A stretch of 64,000 bases of DNA from Candidatus Melainabacteria bacterium (GCA_016201905.1 JACQBQ010000001.1:3405-67404); one strand, 5' to 3'; positions 1-10,365 are shown, counted from the stretch's first letter. The notes: generated by a model not told the origin, from the letters alone. Program-made: numbers and translations.

Positions 1-65
1 ATGTACCGAGTAAATCCTATCATTTCTTAGGTACAAGAACTGAACGAGTTGTTTTCCTTACTTTA

Positions 66-1796
66 ATGACTTTGCTCTCCGTTGCACCTATAATTTTCGG
101 AAAAACTATTCCAAGTCATGCAGACTGGCATATTCATATTGAGCATGCTTATAACTTTAAAAGATGTTTCTGGCAAGGACAATTATTGCCAAGGTGGATT
201 GATGTACAGGTAAATGGATATGGTGAACCAATATTTAACTACTATGCACCTTTGGTTTATTATCTCTTTACGTTCCTAGAAATATTTTTTAGAGATCCAA
301 TTCTTTCAATGAAATGGTCATTTGTTATTCCAATGGTTTTATGCACGGTATTTGGTTATATTTACCTGAGACGCCATGGTTCTGCAGTTTCATCTGCAAT
401 GGCAATGGCATTTATAATATTTTCTCCTGCAATTCATATTTTTATTTATAATACTAACTGGCCTACAAGCACATTAGGTCTTGCATTTTTGTTTTTAACG
501 TATTACGGAATAGATAGTTTTAATAAAAATGCTGATTTTGATTTTAAGTCTTTTTTAACTACATCAATTGGTTTTGCTGGTATGGCACTGGCACATTTAG
601 CGACAGCATTTCTTTTTATACTTTTATCAGTACCTTACTTTTTTCTTAGTTTATATATTTATAGAAGTAAAAAGTTTGTAAAAAGCTTTTTTTTGAGTCT
701 TGCCCTAGGTGCAGCTATGGCGGGATTTTATTTATTTCCTGCATGTCTTGAAAAAAATGTCGTGCGTACTGATGAAGTACTAACTGCAGGACCTTTATGG
801 GATTACTCAAAAAACTTTTTGTATACGTATCTGGACAGACATAGAGATGATGGTTATGCATGGGCAATTTTTGATCACAGATATTATGAAGTGAGCAATG
901 CACTCTTTTCTTTGGCAGTATTGTTTTGTTTGATTCCACTACTTCTGAACATGGATAAAGTGAAACGTTACTTTGCAGAACCTTTTAGAGTTAATATTGC
1001 AATCACTATGTTTACCGTTTGCTTTTTAATGATGACTCCAGTATCTATGCTGGTTTGGCTTATGATAAAACCAATGCAAACGGTTCAGTTTCCATGGAGA
1101 TTTACAAGTTTTATTCTCCCTTTTGGTGCATCTATTTTGGTATATGCTTTTGATTTGATTGGCAAGCTTGTTAAGGAAAAAATAGATATGTCCGGTTATA
1201 AAATTATTTTATATTGCCTAGGATGTATATTTTCCATGCTTGTGTTTGTAGATTTTATAAATGTATATTATTGGAAATGGGTTCCACAGCAGAATTTAAT
1301 TAAAGCAGGAATAAATGTTCTTTGGGGAAATGAAGAATACAGACCAAACCTGACTGGTGATCCAAACTGGAAACAGATAGATTTCAAGCATGACTTTTCA
1401 CCGACAATTGTTACAAGTTCGCCAACTGATATTACACTTGTGAAATGGGTGTCACACGAACGTATTTTTGAGGTTTTTTCACAGGAAGATAATCAAATTA
1501 GACTAAGGATTTTTAATTTCCCGGGGTGGGCAGTATATATTGATGGAAATAAAACTCAGATTGATATGGATCCAAAATCTGGCTCTATATTATTTAAAGT
1601 ATTGCCTGGGAAGCATCAGGTAATTGTAAGGTTTGAACATACCCCTTTAAGAAAAGCCTCTGGTTATATTAGTTTAGGTGCATTTATCTTATATTTATAT
1701 TTGTTATCAAAGTCTATTCAAAACAGGAAATTTTTAATTAGAAATTTAGCTGAAACACGTGATGAAAAAATATCTACTGAGGTGCCAACAACTTGA
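66..1796 (+). CDS. Polytopic membrane protein, possible GT-C-type (ArnT/PMT/YfhO-like) membrane glycosyltransferase: N-terminal multi-TM region plus a C-terminal soluble domain
   Basis: 576-aa ORF. About 10 hydrophobic helices fill the first ~400 aa, followed by a hydrophilic ~170-aa tail. The family call rests on general architecture only. Confidence 0.35.
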   Translation: MTLLSVAPIIFGKTIPSHADWHIHIEHAYNFKRCFWQGQLLPRWIDVQVNGYGEPIFNYYAPLVYYLFTFLEIFFRDPILSMKWSFVIPMVLCTVFGYIYLRRHGSAVSSAMAMAFIIFSPAIHIFIYNTNWPTSTLGLAFLFLTYYGIDSFNKNADFDFKSFLTTSIGFAGMALAHLATAFLFILLSVPYFFLSLYIYRSKKFVKSFFLSLALGAAMAGFYLFPACLEKNVVRTDEVLTAGPLWDYSKNFLYTYLDRHRDDGYAWAIFDHRYYEVSNALFSLAVLFCLIPLLLNMDKVKRYFAEPFRVNIAITMFTVCFLMMTPVSMLVWLMIKPMQTVQFPWRFTSFILPFGASILVYAFDLIGKLVKEKIDMSGYKIILYCLGCIFSMLVFVDFINVYYWKWVPQQNLIKAGINVLWGNEEYRPNLTGDPNWKQIDFKHDFSPTIVTSSPTDITLVKWVSHERIFEVFSQEDNQIRLRIFNFPGWAVYIDGNKTQIDMDPKSGSILFKVLPGKHQVIVRFEHTPLRKASGYISLGAFILYLYLLSKSIQNRKFLIRNLAETRDEKISTEVPTT

Positions 1797-2767
1797 AATA
1801 TTCCGTCATATTAAGCTTATTTTTATTAATTCTTCCTACCTGGTTAACTAATCTTAGTAAGGATAAATTGATAGTATTTGCATCACTGTCTTATTATGGC
1901 TGTGATTTTGATGGAGATAAACTTACTGATCTTTCTCTTTGGGATCCAAAAACAAATACCTTGTACTATCAGTTATCAACTACTAAGCGTTCTTATCAAA
2001 AAAGATTTTTTGAAAGCGATATATCATTTGAACCTGTTTTTGCAGATTATGATGGTGATGGAAAAACTGATTTTGCTTTTTTTCAAAAGGATTCTGGTCA
2101 GTGGGTTGTAAGTTTAACTTCAAATCCTAACAGGCCTCAGAAAACATTTTTAGGATCAATAGGAGATATGCCTGTTCCAACTGACATAAAAGGTACCGGG
2201 AGTTATAAACCAGCAATTTGGAGACCAAATGCAAGTAGCTGGTTAATAACAGAGGTCACAAATGAAGGACAAGAAATACAGCGTAGAGTTTTAGAAGGAC
2301 AATATCAGGATTGTCCTTCCTCAGCAGATTATGATGGTGATGGAATATCTGATCTTTCAGTATGGAGACCTGACGATGGTTACTGGCATATTGTAAAATC
2401 ATCTGCTGACTTTGATTTTGGCAAAAGTGATCATACTAAACACGGGCAAGAATGGGATGTAATAGTGCCAAATGACTATGATGGAGATGGAAAATGTGAT
2501 CTTGTCTTCTGGAGACCAGAAAATCAGGTTTGGTACTTTTTATATTCGGGTACAAATGAACAAAATCAAATAAAATTTGGTTTTAAAGATGACATACCGC
2601 TTTCTGGTGATTTAGATGGTGACGGTATACCTGAACTCATTACCTGGAGTAAGGCAAAGAATTCATGGAATGTCCTGAATTTCAGAAAGCAAGAGTCTTT
2701 TTCATATAAGTGGACAGTTCCGAATGATTGTTTACCAGCCGTTTCAATATTACAGAAGTATGAGTAA
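1793..2767 (+). CDS. Secreted FG-GAP/VCBS-type repeat protein (Ca-binding beta-propeller repeats)
   Basis: Signal-peptide-like N-terminus. DYDGDG(K/I)xD motifs each followed by W/F recur 4-5 times (DYDGDGKTD, DYDGDGISD, DYDGDGKCD, DLDGDGIPE). TTG start overlaps the upstream stop by 4 nt. Confidence 0.6.
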   Translation: MKYSVILSLFLLILPTWLTNLSKDKLIVFASLSYYGCDFDGDKLTDLSLWDPKTNTLYYQLSTTKRSYQKRFFESDISFEPVFADYDGDGKTDFAFFQKDSGQWVVSLTSNPNRPQKTFLGSIGDMPVPTDIKGTGSYKPAIWRPNASSWLITEVTNEGQEIQRRVLEGQYQDCPSSADYDGDGISDLSVWRPDDGYWHIVKSSADFDFGKSDHTKHGQEWDVIVPNDYDGDGKCDLVFWRPENQVWYFLYSGTNEQNQIKFGFKDDIPLSGDLDGDGIPELITWSKAKNSWNVLNFRKQESFSYKWTVPNDCLPAVSILQKYE

Positions 2768-4691
2768 AAGGATTATATTTTTTTTTGCAATAATATGCAC
2801 CTTTTTTTTCTTTGGTTGTTCGAATTCAGATACTCCTTTTGGTTTTTTAAATCACCAGACACAAAATATAAATAACCTAATTGATTTTAATGGTGACAAA
2901 TGCTCTGAACTTGTTTTCTGGAATACTTCATCCATGTCTAAGTCTGATAAGTTTCTTGAGCTTTGTTTTTTTGAAACTTTGAACTTAAAAGAAAACAAAT
3001 ATTCAAAATTAAATCTAGGAGAAGTTGGTGATATTCCTTTTGTTGGATACTTTGATGAAGACTCAGTTGCAGATTATGGACTTTATAGAAGTAGTTCAGA
3101 AGGTTTTGGTAGCTGGATTATACAAAGTGGTGCAAATTCAAATCTAGTTAACATAAAGTTTGGAAAGTCTGGAGATATTCCTGTTCCAAATGATTATGAT
3201 GGAGATGAAAAATATGACATTGCAATTTATCATCCACTAGATAGTAGCTTTGAGGGAATTTTTAGCAGAAACCAGATTCCATTTCACTTCAAGCTTGGCA
3301 TAAATGGTGATATTCCTGTATCAAAGGACTATGACGGTGATGGTAAAGCTGACTTTACGACATACAGACCCAGAAACGGTGTCTGGACAATAAGATCATC
3401 GAGAGATGGAAGTGTTACAGAAAAAGAACTTGGCGGTCCATATTTTTTGCCTATACCTAGTGACTATGATGGTGATGGTAAGGCTGATTTATGTGCATGG
3501 AATAGTTTTAATAATTCATTAAAAGTAATATTAACTTCCTTTAAGGCACCATTATCAGGTGATATTTTAGAAAAGATTCAGAATGAATTAAATGGCAAAG
3601 ACTTTTTTCCTGTTCCTTTAGATTATGATGGTAATGGAGTTAGTGAGCTTGCTTTCTGGAGTAACTCATTAAAAATACTTTTAACATTTGACATAAGAGG
3701 GAATTTAAAACAAAAAACTTATTATTTCCCTAAAGTAACGAATTCGCTCCCCGTTAACAATTTCCTTTTAAGAAAACTAGTCTTAGAAAATATTAGTAGA
3801 ACTTCTGCTGTACTTTTTAAAGATGGTGAGATTATTCGTTATCCGCTTTCCGGGCTTAAAACTAAAAGCTTACACATATTTAAATGGAATAAAAAAGAAA
3901 AAGTTATACCGTTTGCTTCTGATTTTGATGGAGATTATGTTTTAGATTCGTGCTTGTGGTCAGTTAACACTGGAACATTTTTATGTAGTTCAAGTAGAGT
4001 TGGCTGGAAATTTGCTCTACCGCTTGGTCAGAAGATAGATGTGCCAGTAGTTGGCAATTTTAATAGCGATAATATTACTGACATAGGTGTTTATAGAAAT
4101 GCTGAAAGAAGTTTTTATTACCGATTTTTGGGGAAATCAGCACCGAAGGAAATCCAAACTTTTCAGTTAAGTGAAGATGCAGGTGTGTATGGTGTGCCAC
4201 AAATAGCTGATTATGATGGAGACAGAATAGATGACTTTGCGATTTTTAATCCTCAAAACAATATTTTTATAATTAAAAGATCATCTGATTTGCTGGAAGC
4301 GAAGATAAACCTAACTAATACCGGTGAATCTATCCCTGTAGTTGGGGATTTTGATGGTGATGGCAAAGCAGATCCTGCCATTATTAGTACTGACCAGCAC
4401 GATTCTAAATTTACTTATTATTCCAGTACATATGGAAAGTCATTTGATTTTCCTATTAGTGCATTTTATGGACTACCAATTGCTTCTGATATTGATCATG
4501 ACTTAAAATCCGATCTACTGTTTTTTGACAATAATAAAGGAAACTTAGTCATTGCTCTGTCTTCTCAAAATCAGGGAGGTAATAAAGAAAAACTCCTTGA
4601 TTATAAGTTTATAAAAGATGCCAGCCCAGTAAATTGTCCATGGCTATATAATATTATTTATGCAAAAACAAAAAATAAAAATAGTTCTTGA
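2760..4691 (+). CDS. FG-GAP repeat lipoprotein, a larger paralog of the preceding gene
   Basis: The N-terminus MSKRIIFFFAIICTFFFFGCS has a lipobox-like FGC. At least 8 DYDGDGKAD/DFDGDGKAD-type repeats follow. The ORF track opens at 2724; the Met at 2760 is the more likely start. Confidence 0.55.
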   Translation: MSKRIIFFFAIICTFFFFGCSNSDTPFGFLNHQTQNINNLIDFNGDKCSELVFWNTSSMSKSDKFLELCFFETLNLKENKYSKLNLGEVGDIPFVGYFDEDSVADYGLYRSSSEGFGSWIIQSGANSNLVNIKFGKSGDIPVPNDYDGDEKYDIAIYHPLDSSFEGIFSRNQIPFHFKLGINGDIPVSKDYDGDGKADFTTYRPRNGVWTIRSSRDGSVTEKELGGPYFLPIPSDYDGDGKADLCAWNSFNNSLKVILTSFKAPLSGDILEKIQNELNGKDFFPVPLDYDGNGVSELAFWSNSLKILLTFDIRGNLKQKTYYFPKVTNSLPVNNFLLRKLVLENISRTSAVLFKDGEIIRYPLSGLKTKSLHIFKWNKKEKVIPFASDFDGDYVLDSCLWSVNTGTFLCSSSRVGWKFALPLGQKIDVPVVGNFNSDNITDIGVYRNAERSFYYRFLGKSAPKEIQTFQLSEDAGVYGVPQIADYDGDRIDDFAIFNPQNNIFIIKRSSDLLEAKINLTNTGESIPVVGDFDGDGKADPAIISTDQHDSKFTYYSSTYGKSFDFPISAFYGLPIASDIDHDLKSDLLFFDNNKGNLVIALSSQNQGGNKEKLLDYKFIKDASPVNCPWLYNIIYAKTKNKNSS

Positions 4692-5634
4692 TGACGATAA
4701 AATCAAAAAAGTTTTAAAGATAAAAGATGTAATTAAAGTAGTAGAAGAAGGATTTAAAAAAAAAGGACTAGGCTTAGTAAATTTGCCACCAAAACTTGGA
4801 CCCAAACTTGATACTCTTGGTGCATTTGCTGATTCTATGACAGTATCTGTGTTTACTAATGGAGGTGGGCGAGCGTATCCCCACCTCCAAATATTTGGAG
4901 TTAAGTGGCTTAGTGCATATACTAGCAATTTAAAAAAAAGATTGCCTTATTTAAACAGTGTAATTGTTTTAAATGAACCTGAATGCGGCATGCCAATTGC
5001 AGTTCTAAGCGGAAACTGGATTACAGCTATTCGTACAGCAGGAGTTAGTGCGGTTTGTGCCAAGTACTTAGCACCAAAGAAAAAAGAGCTAACTGTTGGA
5101 ATGTTTGGGCTTGGTGTGCAGGCATATGTTCATGTCTTAGCATTTAAATCAATTTTTAAGAATGTAAAATTTATACTGTATAATCATGATTCAAAATTAC
5201 TGAGTGATTTTTTAAGAAAGTTTCCAAAAGAAAGATTTAAAGTCACAAAGGATTTTCATGAAGTAGTAAAAAACTCTGACGTGATTTTATCTGCCACAAC
5301 ATTTCCACCCAAAATTGCCCCATATATTTTTTCTCGGGATTTAAAAAATGATGTATTAATCTTGCCTCTAGAATATGGAACAAGAATTGATCCTGGACTT
5401 TATAAGAAACTAGATGAGATTTATACAGATGATATTCCTCAGTATGAACTAAAGAGCAAATTCAGAAATTATTTTCCCCAGAACAAACCCAAAATAAAAA
5501 AAGAAATCGGTGAAATTATTGCAAAAAATTATAAGAGAGGAAATAAACCTAAAAAAATTCTTGTCTTCAATCTAGGTATTGCGCTTTTTGATATTTTGAC
5601 TGCAAAGGAATTTTTGAATAGGTTGCAAAGTTAA
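4660..5634 (+). CDS. Ornithine cyclodeaminase/mu-crystallin family NAD(P)-dependent enzyme
   Basis: Rossmann motif VGMFGLGVQA preceded by the ITAIRTAGVSAV block typical of the OCD/mu-crystallin family. The start is uncertain because it overlaps the upstream gene. Confidence 0.55.
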   Translation: MQKQKIKIVLDDDKIKKVLKIKDVIKVVEEGFKKKGLGLVNLPPKLGPKLDTLGAFADSMTVSVFTNGGGRAYPHLQIFGVKWLSAYTSNLKKRLPYLNSVIVLNEPECGMPIAVLSGNWITAIRTAGVSAVCAKYLAPKKKELTVGMFGLGVQAYVHVLAFKSIFKNVKFILYNHDSKLLSDFLRKFPKERFKVTKDFHEVVKNSDVILSATTFPPKIAPYIFSRDLKNDVLILPLEYGTRIDPGLYKKLDEIYTDDIPQYELKSKFRNYFPQNKPKIKKEIGEIIAKNYKRGNKPKKILVFNLGIALFDILTAKEFLNRLQS

Positions 5635-6033
5635 GAGTTTAATTTTATTGCCTGCAAAGGCTTTCGTAGAAAGCCATAGAATGCTATAAATAATCATTTC
5701 AATAGAATGGTTAAGCACCTTAACCTTAATATGAAGTACAAATCTGAAAATAAGATAAAGAAGTGCCTAATTATGCAAAATATGAATGTTAGAATCAATA
5801 CGTTTTAAGAATGTATGAAGTCCTTACATTTTCAACTCAATAATTTCAGAAGACATATTTAAATAATATAGAAACGACAAATCAATGGCGATGGGGTCGA
5901 GAAAATTTAATAAAAAGTTTAGATGTTTCCTGAACATAGGCCTTGTCAACTGTTTTGGTAATATCTTTTTGTTCCATGAAACAAAATCACAAAATAATTT
6001 TAAAAAGCAGGATTATTCAAAGGAGAATAAGAC

Positions 6034-9000
6034 TTGACATCAATAAGAAAATCAAATTTATCTTCTAGCAACACAATTCCTATACAGGTTTTAAGAACTG
6101 AAAAATCAACCCCATTAGTTCCAGAGCAAGCTGGTAAAACACAAACAATCAGTTCAGATGCAAAGCGATCTTTACTTAAAAGCTTGTGGGAGCGGACAGT
6201 TGATTTTGTTAAGAGTCTTTTTGGTATTGCTAGACCTGATGGCACTCTTCATCAGAAGTTTGAAGAAAGATTTATAAGTGAGATTCAAAACGAACCTCAA
6301 GATCCTAAGCATAGTAAAAATCCTAGGGCTGTAGTTTCTCTAAAGTATGCTGGTGCTGCAATAAAGTATGCAGATGAAAATAATACGAAAATAGTACCTG
6401 CTGATAAAGGTATTCCAAGATCATCTAAATTACAGTTTTTAGCTGATGGTCCAGAGCAGGATTACTACTATAACTGCATAATTAATTTTATTGCATCAAG
6501 CATCTTAGATGGCTATAGTATTGAATCTCATGAAGACATGGATGATACAAATACTCATAAAGTTGAAGCTTATAGTACAGCAGCTCTTCAGCCTGTTTCA
6601 CAAATTTATGAGCTTAGACAGACTATAAAAGCACTAAGGGAAGAAGGTGCAAAAATATTTATTAACACTGCAAGATCTTTATTCCGTACAAGAATATTTG
6701 TAAGAAATAAAGGACTGGAAGGTGAATCTACAATTGTAACCCTTGATGATGCTTTGAATGAACTGGGTGCATTTTCGACAAAGGAAAAACTTGAGCTATC
6801 AAAAGAAATCGGAATTGCTGCTTTTACAGGCGGTATAGTTCATACGCCTCTTGAAAAAACTGAGTGGTCTCCTGAGTTATTGCTCATGATGGATTTGCTT
6901 AAATTCCTTGGTCCAGAATTTATTCAAGAATGTTTTATTGATCCTACTATTAAACATGAGTTTGCTCAGCTTGAACCAAAGGCACTGTTTGCAGGTATTC
7001 ATGATTTACAGCGAACTACCGGGAAGTCCTACTATCCACATAGCTTTAATATTGTTGAGCTAAAAGAAAAGTTTGTAGATAATAGAAATTCTAATAAATC
7101 AATTGAAGAGGGATGGAAGGATTTTGCTTGTGCTGTAAAAGAAAATATTGATGCAGGGGCACAACGTATACCACAGTTAGAACATTCTATTGAAGAAATT
7201 CAACAAGAGTTAAATCAGCTAAAAGCATCAAATCAAGATCAAGAGTTGAATAAAAAAGTTGAAGAGCTTGAACAAAAATTAAAAAATAAAAAAGAAGAAT
7301 ATTTTTCCTATATAAGAGTTCCTGGTTCTCCATTGGATCCAAAAACAACTTACGTGAATGGCTGGGGAAAAACTGTACAGTGTCCGGATTATTATGACTT
7401 TTTATGTGAAGTGCCAAAGCAGTCAGAGCTAAAAGCTATGTCAAAAGAAGAAAGGGCTCAAGCCTTCTTTGAATTATATACAGATGGCAAAGCAGGCGCT
7501 ATGTGTTTTCATTTTTATAACAGTAGACAAACACCATATCAAAATGCCATACCAGACTTTATATCTATGTTAAGAGGGCATGCTAACGGTATAAAAGTTG
7601 ATGAAGGTAATGAAGTCTTAGCTAGAGACATATTCAGACGTTTAAACTACACCTTTAAAAAAGATAATCCTGATGTGAAAGCATTTGTGGCAAAAGGTAA
7701 GAAAATCTTTAATAATGGTAGTCCAACCTGTGTTCAAAGCTACCTTATGTGGCGCTTGCTTAGACACATGAAGCATACTTACAATAAAGAAGAAAGAGAC
7801 AATTCTTCAATCCTTGTCTTTAAAAATAGCACAGTTAGGTTTAGTGATGGTTTTTTACAGGAGTGGAAAGATTTTTGTAAAGAAAATAAGCTCAATGAAA
7901 GTGCTAGCCCATTTGAATTTAAAAACTGGTTAAATAAACGACTTACCAAGTCTAATGGAATTGAAAGAGAATTAGTAGAATATATTGAAACAATTTTCCC
8001 TCCGGATTTTTTTGAGCAACGTAATAAATTTCATCTCTCAGAAGAATACTTTTATCCAGATGAATTATTTAGCAGGAATAACAGAGATGGTAATGGTAAT
8101 TATTCATTTATTTCTAACTCATCAGTAGTAGATAAAACTACCCCAATTAGAAAATCTGCTAATGGGTATGGTGAGTTTCAGCCTGATCAGGATAAAAAAA
8201 ATGTTCTTCCTTCCTTTAGGCAGTGTGTAGAAAATTATATAAGGCCGATAGCTGCTGGTGATAGCCCGTCTGATATTGGTATGCTTGTTGGATCTCTTGA
8301 AAGGAATGGCTTGGCTATTGTTGTTTCAAATAAAACAACTGATAGAGGACTTTATAATGAAGCCATTAAACAGCGTATTAAATACGTAAAAGAAGCAAAG
8401 ATAATGGATGACAGCTTTGATTATCTAGCTGAAACATGTAGCAGGTTTGGAATTTATGGACTTGAATCAGTAAATGGTGGATATAGAAAAATAACAAGCC
8501 TCTCTGATACGGAGCATCAGGATAAAAAAATATATTCTAAAGAAGAAATCATTGAAGATTTAAAATCGCATTATAAACATAGGATAGCTCGTGTAGAATC
8601 TCCTGCTGCTAAGATTCGCACAATGGCAGAAGCACTTAGGTGTTTAACTGGAATTGATATAGACTTTGATAGAGCGAAATTTAAAAAAGCAAAAGAAATA
8701 TTTAAAAATAATCCAGATGGTATAGGGTTATCAAAATCAGATAGGGACTTATTTGAAGCTTATAGGTGGGCAGTGGTTCGAGAAAAGAACCGCTTTGTAT
8801 TGTCTGATGATTCCACCAGATTCAGGGCATTTTTTGAATATCATTACTATAATCCTAATACTGAGAAAAAAGAAATTTTTATAAAAAGGAAGTCAGATGG
8901 AAAGCTAGTTAATAAAGATGCATTTTTATTCCGAAAGGAAGAATTGTTTACTGGGGATGAAAGTGAATTAAAAAGAGTTTTAATTAAACGAAACAACCAA

Positions 9001-10365
9001 GGTGTATTTGTTAAGTATTTTGGTGATAAAGAAGATGTTATTAAAGATCCTACTTATCTAAATTATTGCTTTCCTGAAGAAGAATTCTTACCAAGTACAT
9101 CTCCTATTAAGGGGATATTTGCACGAGAAGGACTTTTAAAATTCATAGGATTGGGAAATATTGATAAAGGTAGAAAACATTTAAAGAATTTTCTTGTTAA
9201 ACTCCCACTTGGATTTAATAAAATGCTTGAGTGGTGTGGTGGATTGATGGCTCTGGGTGGCTTAGTCAGGCTTGGCAGTAAGCTAACTGGTGGTTTTGAA
9301 GAACCGATTTATAAAGCTGGCTACTGGTTATCAAATAGTATTAGAGCAGTTTCTGCACTTGCTGGTGGTTTACGTGGTCAGTTTAATGTTCAAAAATATC
9401 ATGATATTACGTTTGCTGAAATAATAAATATCTTCTCTGCTCTAAAACTTCCTAATGGATTCAAGCATCTTGGTATAGGTGTTGGAAACTTTCTTTTGTT
9501 TTTAGGCAGAGGCAGGCAAAGAGCACAGGCTCAGCAGATGGTAAACAGTCTTACTCCTAAAGAAGTTAAAACTGATAAACCAGAAGAAGGTGTTATTGAC
9601 CCAAGACCATTTGTAAGAGACATTACAAAATTTAGTAATGAGGATATGATCTTAAGTCTTAAAAATGCAGCAAGAAAAAATGCTCAACCTCCAATTTTAG
9701 GGGAAATTGTTGGAAACATGGCAAGTGCAATAATGACACCTGTAAAGATGATGAAAGATATAATTCAAAATCCTAAGCTAATCTTCCAGATGAAAAAGAG
9801 AGTATCTGAAAGATCAGGAAATATATATAGAACTGTACCAAGTGCTGGTCACTTGATGACTTTAGTCGGTGCTTTAAGTGGTATCGGAGCACTTATAGGA
9901 GGGACATTTGGAAGAATTGGTGAAGTAGCAGAAGATGGATTTAATAGACTAGGTAAGTATGCAATTTCATTTGCAAATTCAATACCAGCGCTTGGAATAA
10001 TTGCAAATGGGTTTGAGGTAGCTGCAAGTCCACAAGGATTACAAAAAACATATGGAAGTATTGATGGAAGTGATTCTACATATGATCCAAAAGGTGCCGG
10101 TTTAGGTCAGGTGCTAGCAGGAATAGGTTATGGTATTTTACCTTGGTTTGGCTTGCACAATAATTCAGTTGCTGCTTCTTATGATGTTGTAAATGGGTTG
10201 TACTTTGGATTACCTAATGCAGGTATTAGTGTTTCTGAAGAAGAGAAACATAATACAGAAAGTTTAGTTAGAAGTATTTTAATAGAAGGACAAGAATTGT
10301 ATACTGAAAATGAGTCTAGTTTAATGGCTTCTAAAAAATCAAAGCAAAAAGGTGCTGCTGATTAA
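6034..10365 (+). CDS. Very large (1443 aa) hypothetical protein with a coiled-coil segment, a HAD-like GDSPSDIGM motif and a C-terminal glycine-zipper hydrophobic region; candidate secreted effector or toxin
   Basis: Uninterrupted 4.3-kb ORF. A TTG start lies 8 nt after a perfect AGGAG. Coiled-coil stretch EIQQELNQLKASNQDQELNKKVEELEQKLKNKK. The C-terminal ~400 aa are rich in GxxxG/AxxxG (GALSGIGALIGGTFGRIG, VLAGIGYGILPWFG). Confidence 0.7.
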   Translation: MTSIRKSNLSSSNTIPIQVLRTEKSTPLVPEQAGKTQTISSDAKRSLLKSLWERTVDFVKSLFGIARPDGTLHQKFEERFISEIQNEPQDPKHSKNPRAVVSLKYAGAAIKYADENNTKIVPADKGIPRSSKLQFLADGPEQDYYYNCIINFIASSILDGYSIESHEDMDDTNTHKVEAYSTAALQPVSQIYELRQTIKALREEGAKIFINTARSLFRTRIFVRNKGLEGESTIVTLDDALNELGAFSTKEKLELSKEIGIAAFTGGIVHTPLEKTEWSPELLLMMDLLKFLGPEFIQECFIDPTIKHEFAQLEPKALFAGIHDLQRTTGKSYYPHSFNIVELKEKFVDNRNSNKSIEEGWKDFACAVKENIDAGAQRIPQLEHSIEEIQQELNQLKASNQDQELNKKVEELEQKLKNKKEEYFSYIRVPGSPLDPKTTYVNGWGKTVQCPDYYDFLCEVPKQSELKAMSKEERAQAFFELYTDGKAGAMCFHFYNSRQTPYQNAIPDFISMLRGHANGIKVDEGNEVLARDIFRRLNYTFKKDNPDVKAFVAKGKKIFNNGSPTCVQSYLMWRLLRHMKHTYNKEERDNSSILVFKNSTVRFSDGFLQEWKDFCKENKLNESASPFEFKNWLNKRLTKSNGIERELVEYIETIFPPDFFEQRNKFHLSEEYFYPDELFSRNNRDGNGNYSFISNSSVVDKTTPIRKSANGYGEFQPDQDKKNVLPSFRQCVENYIRPIAAGDSPSDIGMLVGSLERNGLAIVVSNKTTDRGLYNEAIKQRIKYVKEAKIMDDSFDYLAETCSRFGIYGLESVNGGYRKITSLSDTEHQDKKIYSKEEIIEDLKSHYKHRIARVESPAAKIRTMAEALRCLTGIDIDFDRAKFKKAKEIFKNNPDGIGLSKSDRDLFEAYRWAVVREKNRFVLSDDSTRFRAFFEYHYYNPNTEKKEIFIKRKSDGKLVNKDAFLFRKEELFTGDESELKRVLIKRNNQGVFVKYFGDKEDVIKDPTYLNYCFPEEEFLPSTSPIKGIFAREGLLKFIGLGNIDKGRKHLKNFLVKLPLGFNKMLEWCGGLMALGGLVRLGSKLTGGFEEPIYKAGYWLSNSIRAVSALAGGLRGQFNVQKYHDITFAEIINIFSALKLPNGFKHLGIGVGNFLLFLGRGRQRAQAQQMVNSLTPKEVKTDKPEEGVIDPRPFVRDITKFSNEDMILSLKNAARKNAQPPILGEIVGNMASAIMTPVKMMKDIIQNPKLIFQMKKRVSERSGNIYRTVPSAGHLMTLVGALSGIGALIGGTFGRIGEVAEDGFNRLGKYAISFANSIPALGIIANGFEVAASPQGLQKTYGSIDGSDSTYDPKGAGLGQVLAGIGYGILPWFGLHNNSVAASYDVVNGLYFGLPNAGISVSEEEKHNTESLVRSILIEGQELYTENESSLMASKKSKQKGAAD

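Noticed and set aside
715-939. Short ORFs embedded antisense or out-of-frame within long confident CDSs, for example 715..939(-), 1878..2111(+), 4644..4928(-), 7187..7417(-), 10848..11270(-), 12020..12202(-), 13339..13578(-), 15766..16044(+), 15998..16210(-), 17502..17696(+), 21741..21965(+), 23059..23442(+), 24728..25009(-), 27265..27543(+), 27553..27903(+), 29786..30052(+), 30553..30741(-), 35105..35395(+), 36383..36763(+), 36942..37262(+), 39185..39391(-), 39620..39949(+), 43141..43323(-), 43438..43944(-), 43978..46128 group(-), 46545..46907(+), 47981..48433(+), 50965..51318(+), 53733..54038(+), 54283..54489(-), 55580..55777(+), 60433..60660(-), 61327..61542(-), 61914..62096(-), 63064..63246(-)
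   Set aside because: Each lies wholly inside a longer ORF on the other strand or frame that has clear family-level similarity or a better start context. Compositions are skewed (Phe/Leu/Ser-rich) as expected for antisense of AT-rich coding DNA.
8200-8350. HAD phosphatase domain in the 1443-aa protein
   Set aside because: Only a motif-IV-like GDSPSDIGM...AIVV is visible. No convincing DxDxT motif I upstream, so a catalytic HAD domain is not claimed.
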